The translations under genes were made by a program, and so were the position numbers. From IMG/VR virus record IMGVR_UViG_3300037264_004101, positions 1 to 55,265 of that record: 55,265 bases of DNA; one strand, given 5' to 3'. A model generated the notes under the pieces. The model did no database searches. It saw only the letters and a program-made list of their open reading frames with translations, and was not told the DNA's origin. Below, piece by piece: positions 31,563 to 41,575 of the stretch; the first letter of the stretch is position 1; every line of letters starts with the position of its first letter. Origin of the DNA: a virus. Its lineage: Duplodnaviria > Caudoviricetes.

Positions 31563-33158
31563 ATGTCTCCAGAAATTCCTGCCGCAGCCCCTGAATCCGC
31601 ACGGTCTCGTCTTGAGCTGGTCGCCAAGCAAGACGCTCGTCCGCGTGTACCGACAGCCATCGTGGGCACTACAGGTCTTCGTCGGTCTGGGGGATTCATT
31701 GACGAGGAGTTTCTAAGCCGGCTGCGAGGTATCAACGGCGTCCGTTGGTATCGGCAGATGATGGACAACAATTCCATCGTCGGTGCCATTCTGTTCATCG
31801 TCGAGTCGCTTGTGCGGCAGGTGCCGTGGCGCGTGGATGCTGCCGATGAGACACCCCAAGCCAAAGAGCAGGCGGAGTGGGTCACGGGCGCGCTTGCGGA
31901 CATGGGCCACACGTTCGAGGATTTCATCTCGGAGGCGTTTTCGTTCATCGGCTACGGGTGGTCTTACTTCGAGGTCGTTTACAAGCTGCGCAAGGGCGAG
32001 AGCCAGGATAAGACGACTTCGAGTGTATACAGCGACGGAAAGTTTGGCTGGCGCAAGATCGAGATTCGCGGCCAGGAAACTTTGTGGGAGTGGCTTTTCG
32101 ACGAAGAAGGCGGCCTCGCGGGAATGGTGCAGCTCGATCCTTGGACAGGCAAGGGTCCAGTCACTATCCCCCTCGAGAAAGCTTTGTTGTTCCGCACCAA
32201 GTCGGCCAAGAACAATCCCGAAGGCCGTTCACTTCTTCGTCCCAGCGTGGCGGACTATCACAAGCTCGTGCGCATCCAGGAGATCGAAGCCATCGGCATC
32301 GAACGCGATCTCGCCGGTATGCCGATCTTCGAGGTGCCGAAAGAGCTGCTGATGGTGGACGCTCCTCCCGAGGATCGAGCGTTGCGCCAGCTCCTTGAGA
32401 CCATGGTCCAGCAGGTGCGCGTTGACGAGCGTTTCGGAGGCTTGGTGCCGTCGGAAATGAACCCGGACGGTCAGCCCAGCGGGTTCAAGTTCAAGCTGCT
32501 GTCTACAGGCGGCCGGCGCATGATCGATACGAACGAAATTGTAAAGCGGTACGAGAGCCGTATCGCCATGACCTTCCTCGCCGAGTTCATCATGATCGGC
32601 ACTGAGAAGGTCGGCACGCAATCCTTGTTTCAAGGCAAGTCCAACCTGTTCGGCATCGCGCTCGGCACTCTGTTGGATATCGTGGCCTCGACTTTCAACT
32701 TGTTCGCCATCCCTCCGATCATGAAACTCAACGGGGTGCCTCGAGCCTTGTGGCCGAAGCTGACGCACGGCGATGTCGTGTCGCCTGAGCTGGACAAGAT
32801 CGGTTCGTTCCTTGAGTCCATGGCGACGGCGGGAATTCTTTCGCCAAACCGTTCGCTGGAGAACAAGCTTCTTGAAATGGCAGACCTGCCTGTTCCAGAG
32901 ACCGAAGACCTCGAGGTGTTCGATGACCCGTCTACGCCTACGCCCGCAACTGCCGCGGACCTGGCCTCGGGCTTGCTATCAGACCGTCAGGTCGAAGCGG
33001 TGCTGCGCATCAACGAGGCCTTGGCGACAGGGAAGCTGGCTCGTGATGCGGCAGCCGAGTTGCTGGCCGTCACCTTGGGCATGAGCGCCAAAGAGGCGGA
33101 ACGGTTCCTGGGAGGCACCGCGCCTGCAGCTCCTCCGGACGGAAACCCAGGTGCTTGA
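31563..33158 (+). CDS. portal protein (Mu gp29/DUF935-like)
   Basis: Follows TerL; YGWSYFEVVY, NNPEGRSLLR and EAIGIERDLAGMP. Confidence 0.88.
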   Translation: MSPEIPAAAPESARSRLELVAKQDARPRVPTAIVGTTGLRRSGGFIDEEFLSRLRGINGVRWYRQMMDNNSIVGAILFIVESLVRQVPWRVDAADETPQAKEQAEWVTGALADMGHTFEDFISEAFSFIGYGWSYFEVVYKLRKGESQDKTTSSVYSDGKFGWRKIEIRGQETLWEWLFDEEGGLAGMVQLDPWTGKGPVTIPLEKALLFRTKSAKNNPEGRSLLRPSVADYHKLVRIQEIEAIGIERDLAGMPIFEVPKELLMVDAPPEDRALRQLLETMVQQVRVDERFGGLVPSEMNPDGQPSGFKFKLLSTGGRRMIDTNEIVKRYESRIAMTFLAEFIMIGTEKVGTQSLFQGKSNLFGIALGTLLDIVASTFNLFAIPPIMKLNGVPRALWPKLTHGDVVSPELDKIGSFLESMATAGILSPNRSLENKLLEMADLPVPETEDLEVFDDPSTPTPATAADLASGLLSDRQVEAVLRINEALATGKLARDAAAELLAVTLGMSAKEAERFLGGTAPAAPPDGNPGA

Positions 33159-34125
33159 GCAGGTGAGCAAAGCGGTTCCGCGCTACGCGGACCGCAAACC
33201 ACGCAACCTGACGCAGCGAAAAGACCTGGAGTTAGCGGCACGCAATGAGCCTGCCTACGCCAAGGCCCTGATGGCGTTGGCTCGTAGACTGTCGCGAGCT
33301 GTGAAGAAAGAGGACCTCTTGGCAGCTCTTGCGAGTCGCACCCCTGTCGCGCAAGTCGTGGCCAAGATGCCTTGGTGGGATTCGCGCGACCCCGGCGCGG
33401 AGCCTGTGTGGTCACAGTTATCAAAGGACTTAGCAGAAGCCTACCGCACGAGCGTTGAGACACGAGGCCAGGCGACAGTCGATGCCCTGCCAGGTAAGCG
33501 CAAATTCTCGTTCCGTGTGGAGAAGGCAGCGAAGCCTCCAGATATCAGCGTGCCTCCCAATCCACACTCGTTGACCTGGATACGTCAGCGCTCAGGCGAT
33601 CTCATCAAGAATATCTCTGACGAGCAGAAGCAACTTTTGCGCAATCGCATCGCAGCCGGCTATGCCAAGGGAGAACGACCGGAGAACATGGTTGCGTCGA
33701 TACGTCGCAACATCGGTCTCACCGAACGCCAGGGCCAGGCGGTCGAGCGTCGCAGAGAGCTTGTGCTGGAGCGTACCGGCAACGAGAGGCTTGCTGACAA
33801 GGCTGCTGACGGCTATTCCGAAGAGCAGCTCGAGCTTCGCGCGCGCACGATTGCGCGTACAGAGAACAAAGCTGCCCAGAGCCAGGGCCAGCAAGACGCT
33901 TGGCTTGTGGCACGCGAAGAGGGATTGTTGCCGGCGAACACACGGAGAAGGTGGGTTTCGATGCCTGAGTCTCCAAGGCTGTCGGATATCTGCCGTGAAT
34001 TGGATGGCCAGGTCGTGGGGCTGGATGAGAGTTTCCATTCTGAGGTTCTTGACGAAGACGTTGAGGGACCGCCCGCACATCCTAATTGTCGGTCTACCAT
34101 CGTGCTTGAGTTCACCGATGAATGA
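33151..34125 (+). CDS. head morphogenesis protein (Mu gpF/SPP1 gp7-like)
   Basis: RARTIARTE, C..LDG and PPAHPNCRS. Confidence 0.88.
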   Translation: MLEQVSKAVPRYADRKPRNLTQRKDLELAARNEPAYAKALMALARRLSRAVKKEDLLAALASRTPVAQVVAKMPWWDSRDPGAEPVWSQLSKDLAEAYRTSVETRGQATVDALPGKRKFSFRVEKAAKPPDISVPPNPHSLTWIRQRSGDLIKNISDEQKQLLRNRIAAGYAKGERPENMVASIRRNIGLTERQGQAVERRRELVLERTGNERLADKAADGYSEEQLELRARTIARTENKAAQSQGQQDAWLVAREEGLLPANTRRRWVSMPESPRLSDICRELDGQVVGLDESFHSEVLDEDVEGPPAHPNCRSTIVLEFTDE

Positions 34126-34414
34126 CTTTCAAACCTCCTTAGCAGGTGCAGTAAGCGAAATGGCTTACGCCAAGAATCACCATTGGCTAAAACTCACCGA
34201 CGGCGACGGCAACGCCACCATGCTAATTGAGCACGGCTTGGTGAAGTGGAGTTGTCAGGGATGCAAGTTCTTGTTCTTTACGGCCATGAACCCCGGCAGG
34301 CTGTGCTGTCCTTCGTGCGGCGGCGCAGCCGATCCTTTGTGGGTTCGTCCTCAGGTGTCACTTGTGCCGGAAGACGCGAACGCATTTCACTTTGTGAAGA
34401 CGACCGAAGGGTGA
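34118..34414 (+). CDS. small zinc-ribbon protein
   Basis: CQGC...CPSC; fills the gap between gpF and the protease gene. Confidence 0.55.
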   Translation: MNDFQTSLAGAVSEMAYAKNHHWLKLTDGDGNATMLIEHGLVKWSCQGCKFLFFTAMNPGRLCCPSCGGAADPLWVRPQVSLVPEDANAFHFVKTTEG

Positions 34415-34418
34415 AAAC

Positions 34419-36698
34419 ATGCCTCTGAACAAGTCCTGTTCCCTCGAAGCGCTTCGCGAGAACATCACCGCTGAAATCGGCTCAGGCACACCGCGAGACC
34501 AAGCCGTCGCCGTCGCCTATTCTACGCTGCGCCGAGCATGCTCTGATGAAGGCAAACCTATACCTAGCAGCAAGGAGCAGGCGGGCGTTGTGCGCGAGTT
34601 CAAGCGCAAGCGAGGCGAACGGGGGCAGGAATACCTCGAAGCAGCCTTGACCGAGGCGCGCAAGCTACTGACGCATCGCAGTTTCTCCATGCTTCACCAA
34701 GCCGCGCGCTCGAGCGCGGGCGGGCGTGTGAGCGCGCGAGCGCGCATGACGTCAGTGGAAAAGGCGCTTGTGCTGGGGCCGGAGTGGCTGAGCGATACCG
34801 AGTTCGATGATGCCGTGTACCGAGTCGACGAGATGCAGGCTGCCGACCTGCGTCGAGGTGTGGACCAGGGAACGAACGCCCTGGCTTCGCTCTTGTGGAA
34901 AGAGGAGAAGCGCAGGGCAGCTCCAAACGTGCGAAAGGGCTTCTATTGGGGAACGTCAGACGGAGGCGTGCATGCCCACGGTCTCGTGCGCACTGCTAGC
35001 AAGACGCGCAAGGATGGAGCGCATTGCCACTACTTCAGGATGCCAGGCACCGGCGCCATCATGCGCACGAACGAAGACGGCGCCCATGAGCACGCCATCG
35101 CCGACAGCGGGCTGAAGACACCTTCGGACGGTGCGCATTCGCATCGCATTGTGGACGACTTCACGACAGGCGAGACCCCGCTCGGTGGATCGCACGTTCA
35201 TGATCTGTTGTTTGAGACCTCCGGCTTTGGCGGTCAGCACACGCACGAATGGAAGCTGCGCGACGGCACCGTAATCGTGTCCTCGACCCTGGCAGACGAG
35301 CTTGAGCAAGCGAAGGGTGCTTTAACGGACTCGCCGCCCCTTCCCGAAGCGTCGAAAATCATCGGAGCGCTGCAGCGAGTGGCATTGCTCGAAGCCGAAC
35401 TGAGAGACGCAAGGCTTGCAAGCACCGCGCAGCTCGCTCGGTCGATAGGTGATGCTGCGCTTTCTCCCTCTGCACCGGCTGTCGTGGTGTCAATGAGCGA
35501 CGGCGAGGTCGAAGTGCACGCCAGCGACGGGAACATGCTGGTCGAATGTGAGCTAGATGCCGAGCCAGGGGACATGGTGGAAATTGGTTCCGACCTGCAA
35601 GGAATGCCTCGAGTAGAAGGACCTTCCCTCGCCACGGCTCCTGCGTCGATTGAGCAGATCGTCAAGTCCGTGGGCGCGGCGCGCGAGTACAAGCTGCACA
35701 CGACCAGAGTGCCGTTCCACGGTCCTGATGACGCACCTATGGTGTTCGTTGCCGGCTGTCCCTCCGAGCTGGAGTTGGCGAGAGGGGAGGCGCTGGTCGG
35801 CCCCGATGGCGTTGTGTTTGTGGAAGCCTACCTGGCGCCGTTGCGCCTCACTAAATCGCAAGTGGCTTTCGGTTTCGCCTATCCGTTCTTTCCAAACGCA
35901 CCTCTCGAGCAGGTGGAAAAAAGCCTGCTGGCCGAGCATGACTGGCTCGACAAGAACCTGGAACGTTGGCCGAAGGCAAAGATCGTGGCGCTGGGGCGCA
36001 CCGCAAAGGCTGTTCTCGCAGGTCGGGCGGTGCTGAGCCTGCCGCATCCTGCGATGCTGCGTGTGGAGGGCAAGACCAGTTTTGCCGAGGAGGCACGGCG
36101 CAAAGTCCGCGCTTTGGCCAAGTCGCTTGACAGCGAGAATAGGATTGGGCATGTTGACACTCACCAGAAGGGTTTGCCGCATGGTGAATCGCCTGGAACC
36201 CTCGCCGCCGTAGGTGAGCTGAAGTCTGCCGGACAGATCCAAGTGAGGATCTTGAAAGCGGCGGATGAGAAGCAGATCGTCTACGGTGTCGTCCTCGATC
36301 CTTACATGGTCGATACCCAAGGCGAATGGGTTCCGCCCGCCGAAATCGAGTCTACGGCCCACGGCTTCGTGAAGAAGTCGCGAGTCATAGGCGTTGAGCA
36401 CTCGAGGAAGGCGAACGCGCAGCTTGTGGAATCGTTCGTGGTGCCTTACCCGACCGCGAAAGATTACCAGGCGGCGCTCTCCAACCTTCCGCACGAGGCT
36501 TATGAGATGCCCTACGGGACGGACAGCATTCATTCTGGAGCCTGGGTCGCAGGAGCCGAACTAGGCAAGGAAGAATGGGCCGCCTACAAGCGGGGAGAAA
36601 TCTCCGGCTTTTCAATCGGCGGTTTCTCTTTCCGAACCACGGTCCCTCTTGCAACGATGCCGGCAGTGAAGTTTCTAAAGCTCGCTCCTATCGTGTGA
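34419..36698 (+). CDS. multidomain XkdF-like prohead protease (His-rich repeats, UDG-like domain, protease)
   Basis: C-terminal EKQIVYGVVLDP..DTQGE...H...VESF...GAW...GEISGFSIGG; internal DGAHxH repeats; family-4 UDG-like segment. Confidence 0.8.
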   Translation: MPLNKSCSLEALRENITAEIGSGTPRDQAVAVAYSTLRRACSDEGKPIPSSKEQAGVVREFKRKRGERGQEYLEAALTEARKLLTHRSFSMLHQAARSSAGGRVSARARMTSVEKALVLGPEWLSDTEFDDAVYRVDEMQAADLRRGVDQGTNALASLLWKEEKRRAAPNVRKGFYWGTSDGGVHAHGLVRTASKTRKDGAHCHYFRMPGTGAIMRTNEDGAHEHAIADSGLKTPSDGAHSHRIVDDFTTGETPLGGSHVHDLLFETSGFGGQHTHEWKLRDGTVIVSSTLADELEQAKGALTDSPPLPEASKIIGALQRVALLEAELRDARLASTAQLARSIGDAALSPSAPAVVVSMSDGEVEVHASDGNMLVECELDAEPGDMVEIGSDLQGMPRVEGPSLATAPASIEQIVKSVGAAREYKLHTTRVPFHGPDDAPMVFVAGCPSELELARGEALVGPDGVVFVEAYLAPLRLTKSQVAFGFAYPFFPNAPLEQVEKSLLAEHDWLDKNLERWPKAKIVALGRTAKAVLAGRAVLSLPHPAMLRVEGKTSFAEEARRKVRALAKSLDSENRIGHVDTHQKGLPHGESPGTLAAVGELKSAGQIQVRILKAADEKQIVYGVVLDPYMVDTQGEWVPPAEIESTAHGFVKKSRVIGVEHSRKANAQLVESFVVPYPTAKDYQAALSNLPHEAYEMPYGTDSIHSGAWVAGAELGKEEWAAYKRGEISGFSIGGFSFRTTVPLATMPAVKFLKLAPIV

Positions 36699-36702
36699 GA
36701 AG

Positions 36703-37614
36703 ATGGTTGTTGAAAAAACCGTGCGCATGCTTTCCGGCCTCGGAACCTCTGAGGTAAGCGTTGTACGTCGCGCCGCTAATCGGAAGCGTTTCGCATTCAC
36801 CAAGTCGGAGGATTCCCGCATGACCCTCGATCCCATCAAGGCTGTTGTTGGCACGCAAGCGGAAGGCGAAGACCTGTTGATTGCTGCACTGAAGACGGCC
36901 GGCGCTGACGAGAAGCGCGTCGAAGCGTGCGTCGCGGCCTATCGGATTCAGAAGGGTTTCGCCGATGTGATGAAGCCGAGTGACTTCGAAGCCATCGCCA
37001 AGGCGGCCAAGGGCAAGAAGGCCGACTACATGATGGAGGACGAGGAGGACGCGGACGAGGAGTTGAAGAACAAGAAGAAGGCCAAGAAATCCGAAAACGT
37101 GGACCTGTCGGCTCTTACCCCTGAGACGCAAGCCCAGGTGCAAGCGATCTTCAAGTCGCACGAGGCCCTGGAAGCCAAGAGTTCCAAGCTCGAGGAGATC
37201 GTCAAGACCTTGGTCGACGCCGGTCAGACCCGTGAGTTCGTGGCCAAGGCCGAACGCGATTTCAGCCACGTTCCAGGCAGTCCTTCGGAGCTGGCCGCAG
37301 TGCTCAAGAGCGCGCATGACGCGAATCCCAAGCTGGCCGAAGGCTTGGAGAAAATTCTCAAGAGCGTGAACGAGCTGGTAGCCAAGAGCGCGTTGCTTGG
37401 CGCAGTCGGTGTGTCAGGTGGCGCAGCGCCGGCCGGCTCGGCCATGCACCGCCTCGAGGCGATGGCAGGGCAGCTCACGCAAAAGGCGGACAACGGCAAG
37501 CCGTTGAGCAAAGAGCAGCGCATGGACCGCGTGCTCAAGACGGCTGAAGGCGCGGCTCTCTATCGGGAATACCTGGCAGAGAACCCGACGCAGCGCGCGG
37601 CGCACAATTTCTAA
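36703..37614 (+). CDS. putative scaffolding protein
   Basis: EVSVVRRAANRKRF start, charged helical body, located between protease and capsid genes. Confidence 0.7.
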   Translation: MVVEKTVRMLSGLGTSEVSVVRRAANRKRFAFTKSEDSRMTLDPIKAVVGTQAEGEDLLIAALKTAGADEKRVEACVAAYRIQKGFADVMKPSDFEAIAKAAKGKKADYMMEDEEDADEELKNKKKAKKSENVDLSALTPETQAQVQAIFKSHEALEAKSSKLEEIVKTLVDAGQTREFVAKAERDFSHVPGSPSELAAVLKSAHDANPKLAEGLEKILKSVNELVAKSALLGAVGVSGGAAPAGSAMHRLEAMAGQLTQKADNGKPLSKEQRMDRVLKTAEGAALYREYLAENPTQRAAHNF

Positions 37615-37680
37615 GAGTCTCAACACGAGGATTCGCGCCGCACATAGGCGCTCCCCTCCTTAACAGGGAAGGAGCCCATC

Positions 37681-38055
37681 ATGGCATGGGAGAATGTATG
37701 CTCGACGGTCCCCGGAGTCGCAGCTGCGGCCGACCTATCGACGCATCAGTTCAAGATCGTGAAAATGTCAGCGACCGGCATTGCTGTTGCCGGCGCAGGC
37801 CAGGCCTCCATCGGCGTGCTCCAGAACAAACCTTCGGCGCTTGGCCAAGCGGCGACGGTCTGGGGGCCAGGCTCGACGACGAAGGTGGTCGCCGGTGCCC
37901 TGACCGCCAAGGGGGCCTATGTGACACCAGACGGTAACGGCAAAGCCGTTGCGGCAACGACGGGCGACCATATCATCGGTCAGCTTCTCGATGCGGCAGG
38001 CGCCGCCGACAATCTGGTTACCCTTTTCATCAACCCGCAAGGACGGTCCGCTTAA
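37681..38055 (+). CDS. capsid decoration/cement protein
   Basis: Small Gly/Ala-rich ORF with IGVLQNKP, directly upstream of the major capsid gene. Confidence 0.7.
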   Translation: MAWENVCSTVPGVAAAADLSTHQFKIVKMSATGIAVAGAGQASIGVLQNKPSALGQAATVWGPGSTTKVVAGALTAKGAYVTPDGNGKAVAATTGDHIIGQLLDAAGAADNLVTLFINPQGRSA

Positions 38056-38076
38056 GCGGGACGACGGAGAACTACC

Positions 38077-39030
38077 ATGCCACAACCTACTCCCTCCGAC
38101 GTCCATGTGAACGCACCGCTGACCAACATCTCGGTCGCGTTCATCCAGGACCAGTCGGAGTTTATTGCGGATCGCGTGTTCCCAGCCGTACCGGTCACCA
38201 AGCAAAGCGACCGATACTACGTTTACGACAAGGCCAATTGGTTCCGCGCTAAAGCTATGGTGCGTGCGCCGGCGAGTGAGTCCGCAGGCAGCGGCTTCAC
38301 CATCGACTCGACGCCGACATACTTCGCCGACGTCTATGCGTTCCACAAGGACGTGGACGATGACGTGCGGGCGAACGCGGACACGGCCATCAACGTAGAT
38401 ACCGACGCCACAACGTTCGTAACGCGGGACTTGGTGCTCAAGAAAGAGCTGACCTGGGCCGCGCGATATTTTGCCGCCACGACCTGGACGGGCTCGACAA
38501 CGGGCACCGATGTAACGCCTTCCATCCTTTGGAACGCAGGCGGCTCTACACCGATTGAGGATATGCGCGAGCAGCTTCGCTCGGTACAGCGCAAGACCGG
38601 CTTCCGTGCGAACAAGATCGCGATGGGCAGCATTGTGTGGGACGTGCTCCAAGACCATCCGGACTTCCTGGAGCGCATCAAGTACACCCAAGTCGCCATC
38701 GTGACCACGGGCCTTCTGGCCTCGGTTCTCGGTGTGGACGAAGTTCTGGTCGGCGGTGCGGTCCAGAACATTGCAATCGAAGGCGCCTCCAACGATCTGC
38801 AATTCGTGTTCGGCAACGACGTTCTCATTGTGTACGCGCCGCCGACCCCAGGCTTGCTGACGCCGACGGGCGGTTACACGTTTATGTGGACAGGTCGTGT
38901 CGGCGGCTCCATGCGCATCATGCGCATCCGTGCAGAGCTGTTGAAAGCCGACCGCATCGAAGGCGAGATGGCTTACGACCAGAAGCTGGTTGCGGCCGAA
39001 ATGGGAGCTTTCCTTCTCAATGTGATCTGA
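38077..39030 (+). CDS. major capsid protein
   Basis: HVNAPLTNISVAFIQ, FIADRVFPAVPV, HPDFLERIKY and GYTF; size and position fit. Confidence 0.88.
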   Translation: MPQPTPSDVHVNAPLTNISVAFIQDQSEFIADRVFPAVPVTKQSDRYYVYDKANWFRAKAMVRAPASESAGSGFTIDSTPTYFADVYAFHKDVDDDVRANADTAINVDTDATTFVTRDLVLKKELTWAARYFAATTWTGSTTGTDVTPSILWNAGGSTPIEDMREQLRSVQRKTGFRANKIAMGSIVWDVLQDHPDFLERIKYTQVAIVTTGLLASVLGVDEVLVGGAVQNIAIEGASNDLQFVFGNDVLIVYAPPTPGLLTPTGGYTFMWTGRVGGSMRIMRIRAELLKADRIEGEMAYDQKLVAAEMGAFLLNVI

Positions 39031-39115
39031 CGTAGGGTTTAGCTTCATGAGCGAAACCGAGGTGCGGGGAAGGTCTTGGTTCCCCGTGCCTTGGTTTCAT
39101 ATACTCGGAGGAAGC

Positions 39116-39673
39116 ATGTCCTACGTTCTTTGTCGCTCGATGAAAGTCCAGAAGGCTGACGGCTCTTACGAGATGCGGCAGCCGGGTCAGCTTGTGCCAG
39201 AAGCAGCCGGCTGGCCAAATCTTGGGCAGTGGATTCGCCGTGGGCACATTACCCCCGTTGACTCGAAGGTGATGCCGACGCGCCAAGGTATCCGCAAGCC
39301 AATGCGCGCGGTGACGGCGCAAGACCTTGAGGATTGGGGCGATAAGAAAGTCGTTAGGGAGCATGGCGAACAGCCCTCCGACGAAGGCTTCGACACGTTC
39401 GCTGCTCCCGTGGTCGAAGCCGCTGTGCCACCTCGCTCCTCATCTCGACCACCCATACCCGAGCAGTCGGCTGATGGCAGATTCGTCTCCAAGTCGGCTG
39501 AAGTCCCCGTTTCAAAGCAGACGAAGCGCCGAGCGATGGAAGCGGACCTCGAGGAACTGGACCGCGACAGCCTCTACACGCTCGCGATCCAGAACGGTCT
39601 CGACATCCGTAAAAACGCCGTCAAAGAGAAAATCATCCAAGTCCTGCTCGACCATCAGGCAAAGCACGGATAG
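39116..39673 (+). CDS. hypothetical protein with C-terminal Rho-N/HeH-like motif
   Basis: GGAGGA RBS; LEELDRDSLYTLAIQNGLDIRKNAVKEKIIQVL. Confidence 0.6.
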   Translation: MSYVLCRSMKVQKADGSYEMRQPGQLVPEAAGWPNLGQWIRRGHITPVDSKVMPTRQGIRKPMRAVTAQDLEDWGDKKVVREHGEQPSDEGFDTFAAPVVEAAVPPRSSSRPPIPEQSADGRFVSKSAEVPVSKQTKRRAMEADLEELDRDSLYTLAIQNGLDIRKNAVKEKIIQVLLDHQAKHG

Positions 39674-39676
39674 TTT

Positions 39677-40138
39677 GTGGAGAAGCGTTTCACCTACGGC
39701 AACGACCCGGCAGCGAGCCCACGCGACGCCGTGCGCTTCTTTGCCGGCGACACGGACCACAATTCTCCGCGCATGGATGACCGAGAGGTTGATTACGCGC
39801 TCACTCAAAATAGCAACCCGCGCCTGGCTGCCGCGCTGTGCCTTGACGCTCTGGCTGCGACCTATAGCTTCAAGGCCTCCATCAGCGTTGGCGAGGTATC
39901 GCAAGACCTTGGCGAGATTGCCGACAAGCTGCGCAAGCGCGCCGAGGAGTTACGCACGGAAGCCGGGCGCCATGGGGTGCTGCCCTTCTTCGGTGGCTTG
40001 ACGCTTCAGGGCAAGCTCGACCTCGACAATCGCACGGGCGACGTTCAGCCTCACTTTCGCATTGGCCAGTTCGACAGTCCCGAGGTCGAGCAGTTCGACG
40101 AAGGCTCTCCCAACGAACGGCTGACAGGGGGCGGATGA
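39677..40138 (+). CDS. putative head-tail adaptor
   Basis: FTY..DP...RDAVRF..GDT...DREV motif; position after the capsid genes. Confidence 0.65.
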   Translation: MEKRFTYGNDPAASPRDAVRFFAGDTDHNSPRMDDREVDYALTQNSNPRLAAALCLDALAATYSFKASISVGEVSQDLGEIADKLRKRAEELRTEAGRHGVLPFFGGLTLQGKLDLDNRTGDVQPHFRIGQFDSPEVEQFDEGSPNERLTGGG

Positions 40139-40620
40139 TGGCCTCCAAGGTGAAGGAAACAGACCGTGGCTTGAACAGCCTGCTAAAGCAGGTGGGCAGC
40201 ATTGCCAGAGGCACGCGAGCAACGGTGGGCATTCAGGGAGTCAAAGCTCGAGCAGTCCATTCTGGAAACGTGACCAACGTCGAGCTTGGCACCATCCACG
40301 AGTTCGGTGCTCCCAAGGCAGGCATCCCTTCGCGGTCGTTCCTGCGTGCGCCGGCCGACGAACGCAAGGCCCATTGGAAGAAGCGCCTTACCGATGAGCT
40401 GGGAAAGGCTATGGCTAAGCGCCAGGATTTCAAAGCGCCGCTGATGCGTGTCGGGGAGGAGTTCAGAACGGCTGTGATAGACCGCATCAAAGCAGGTATC
40501 TCGCCGCCTTTGAAGCAGCCTCGCGCAAAAGAAGGAGGAGCACTGACCTCACCTCTCATCGACACGGGAGCGCTCATGGGTTCAATCTCGCTGGAGATCC
40601 GCACAGGAGCCAAGACCTAA
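40135..40620 (+). CDS. virion morphogenesis/neck protein (HK97 gp10-like)
   Basis: IHEFGAP..IPSRSFLR and PLIDTG.L..SI. Confidence 0.75.
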   Translation: MMASKVKETDRGLNSLLKQVGSIARGTRATVGIQGVKARAVHSGNVTNVELGTIHEFGAPKAGIPSRSFLRAPADERKAHWKKRLTDELGKAMAKRQDFKAPLMRVGEEFRTAVIDRIKAGISPPLKQPRAKEGGALTSPLIDTGALMGSISLEIRTGAKT

Positions 40621-40983
40621 GTGGGCTTCGACCTGAGCGAGGTGATTGACGAGTTCACGGTAAACGTGCCTGTGACTCGCTTCGCCCCGACGGCAACGGT
40701 GAAAGGACGGCTGCAGGAGCCGACGCCAGAAACTACGTTTCGCATGGCCGCCTGCATACAGCCGATGACCGAGAAGGAGCTGCAGATTCTGCCGGAAGGG
40801 TTGCGCAACCAAGACGCCGTGAAGATTTACACGACGACGAAGCTGCGCGTTGTGGACCAAGCGCAGAGCCTTATACCGGATAGGTTCGACTACGAAGGCG
40901 CTACCTATCAGGTGGCGCTGGTCGATAGCTGGCACGACCTCGGCAACTTCTACAGGGCCGTTGCAACCAGGGTGACACGATGA
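40621..40983 (+). CDS. putative head closure protein
   Basis: IQP...ELQILPEG.R...KIYT; position in the neck module. Confidence 0.65.
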   Translation: MGFDLSEVIDEFTVNVPVTRFAPTATVKGRLQEPTPETTFRMAACIQPMTEKELQILPEGLRNQDAVKIYTTTKLRVVDQAQSLIPDRFDYEGATYQVALVDSWHDLGNFYRAVATRVTR

Positions 40984-41567
40984 CGGCGCTGGCGCTAGAG
41001 CTCCAGCCGATCGATTGGGCGACCATCGAGGGGGCGCTGTATGACTGGCTTGTGTCGGCCGTTGTCGAGAACGCGATCTGGGAGGACCAGAACGTTCCGC
41101 AGCCGGACTACCCCTACGCCTCGATGAAGGTAATTGCCGGGCCGGTCAAGGAAGCGGGAAAGGACGAGTTGCGCTCGAGCACTCTGACAGGGCAGCCGGC
41201 CGGCGAGGAGGTCGAGCTGCTGAGCACGAGCCCCGTGGTGATGACACTCTCGATTTCGTTTCACGCCGATCCTGCAGCCGGTGCTCTGGAACCTGCGACA
41301 CGGGCAAGGTCCCTGGCTATGAAAGCTCAGGCTTCACTTGGCAAGCTCTCGGTGATACGAATGCTCGATGATGCAGGCCTTGCTATCGTGCGCGAGGAAG
41401 GCGTGACCGATACCAGTCTCGTCATCAACGGCGAATGGCTCTCGCGTGCCACGCTTGACGTCCGTTTTCGCACCGCAACGCAGATGACGGAACGCACAGG
41501 CTACATGGACAAGGTGCAATTGGAATCCCCCGACTTCGATGTCGACACGACCGTGGACGGCAGCTAG
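40980..41567 (+). CDS. putative tail terminator/neck protein
   Basis: WEDQNVPQPDYPY; directly upstream of the sheath gene. Confidence 0.65.
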   Translation: MTALALELQPIDWATIEGALYDWLVSAVVENAIWEDQNVPQPDYPYASMKVIAGPVKEAGKDELRSSTLTGQPAGEEVELLSTSPVVMTLSISFHADPAAGALEPATRARSLAMKAQASLGKLSVIRMLDDAGLAIVREEGVTDTSLVINGEWLSRATLDVRFRTATQMTERTGYMDKVQLESPDFDVDTTVDGS

Positions 41568-41575
41568 GAGGAGTC

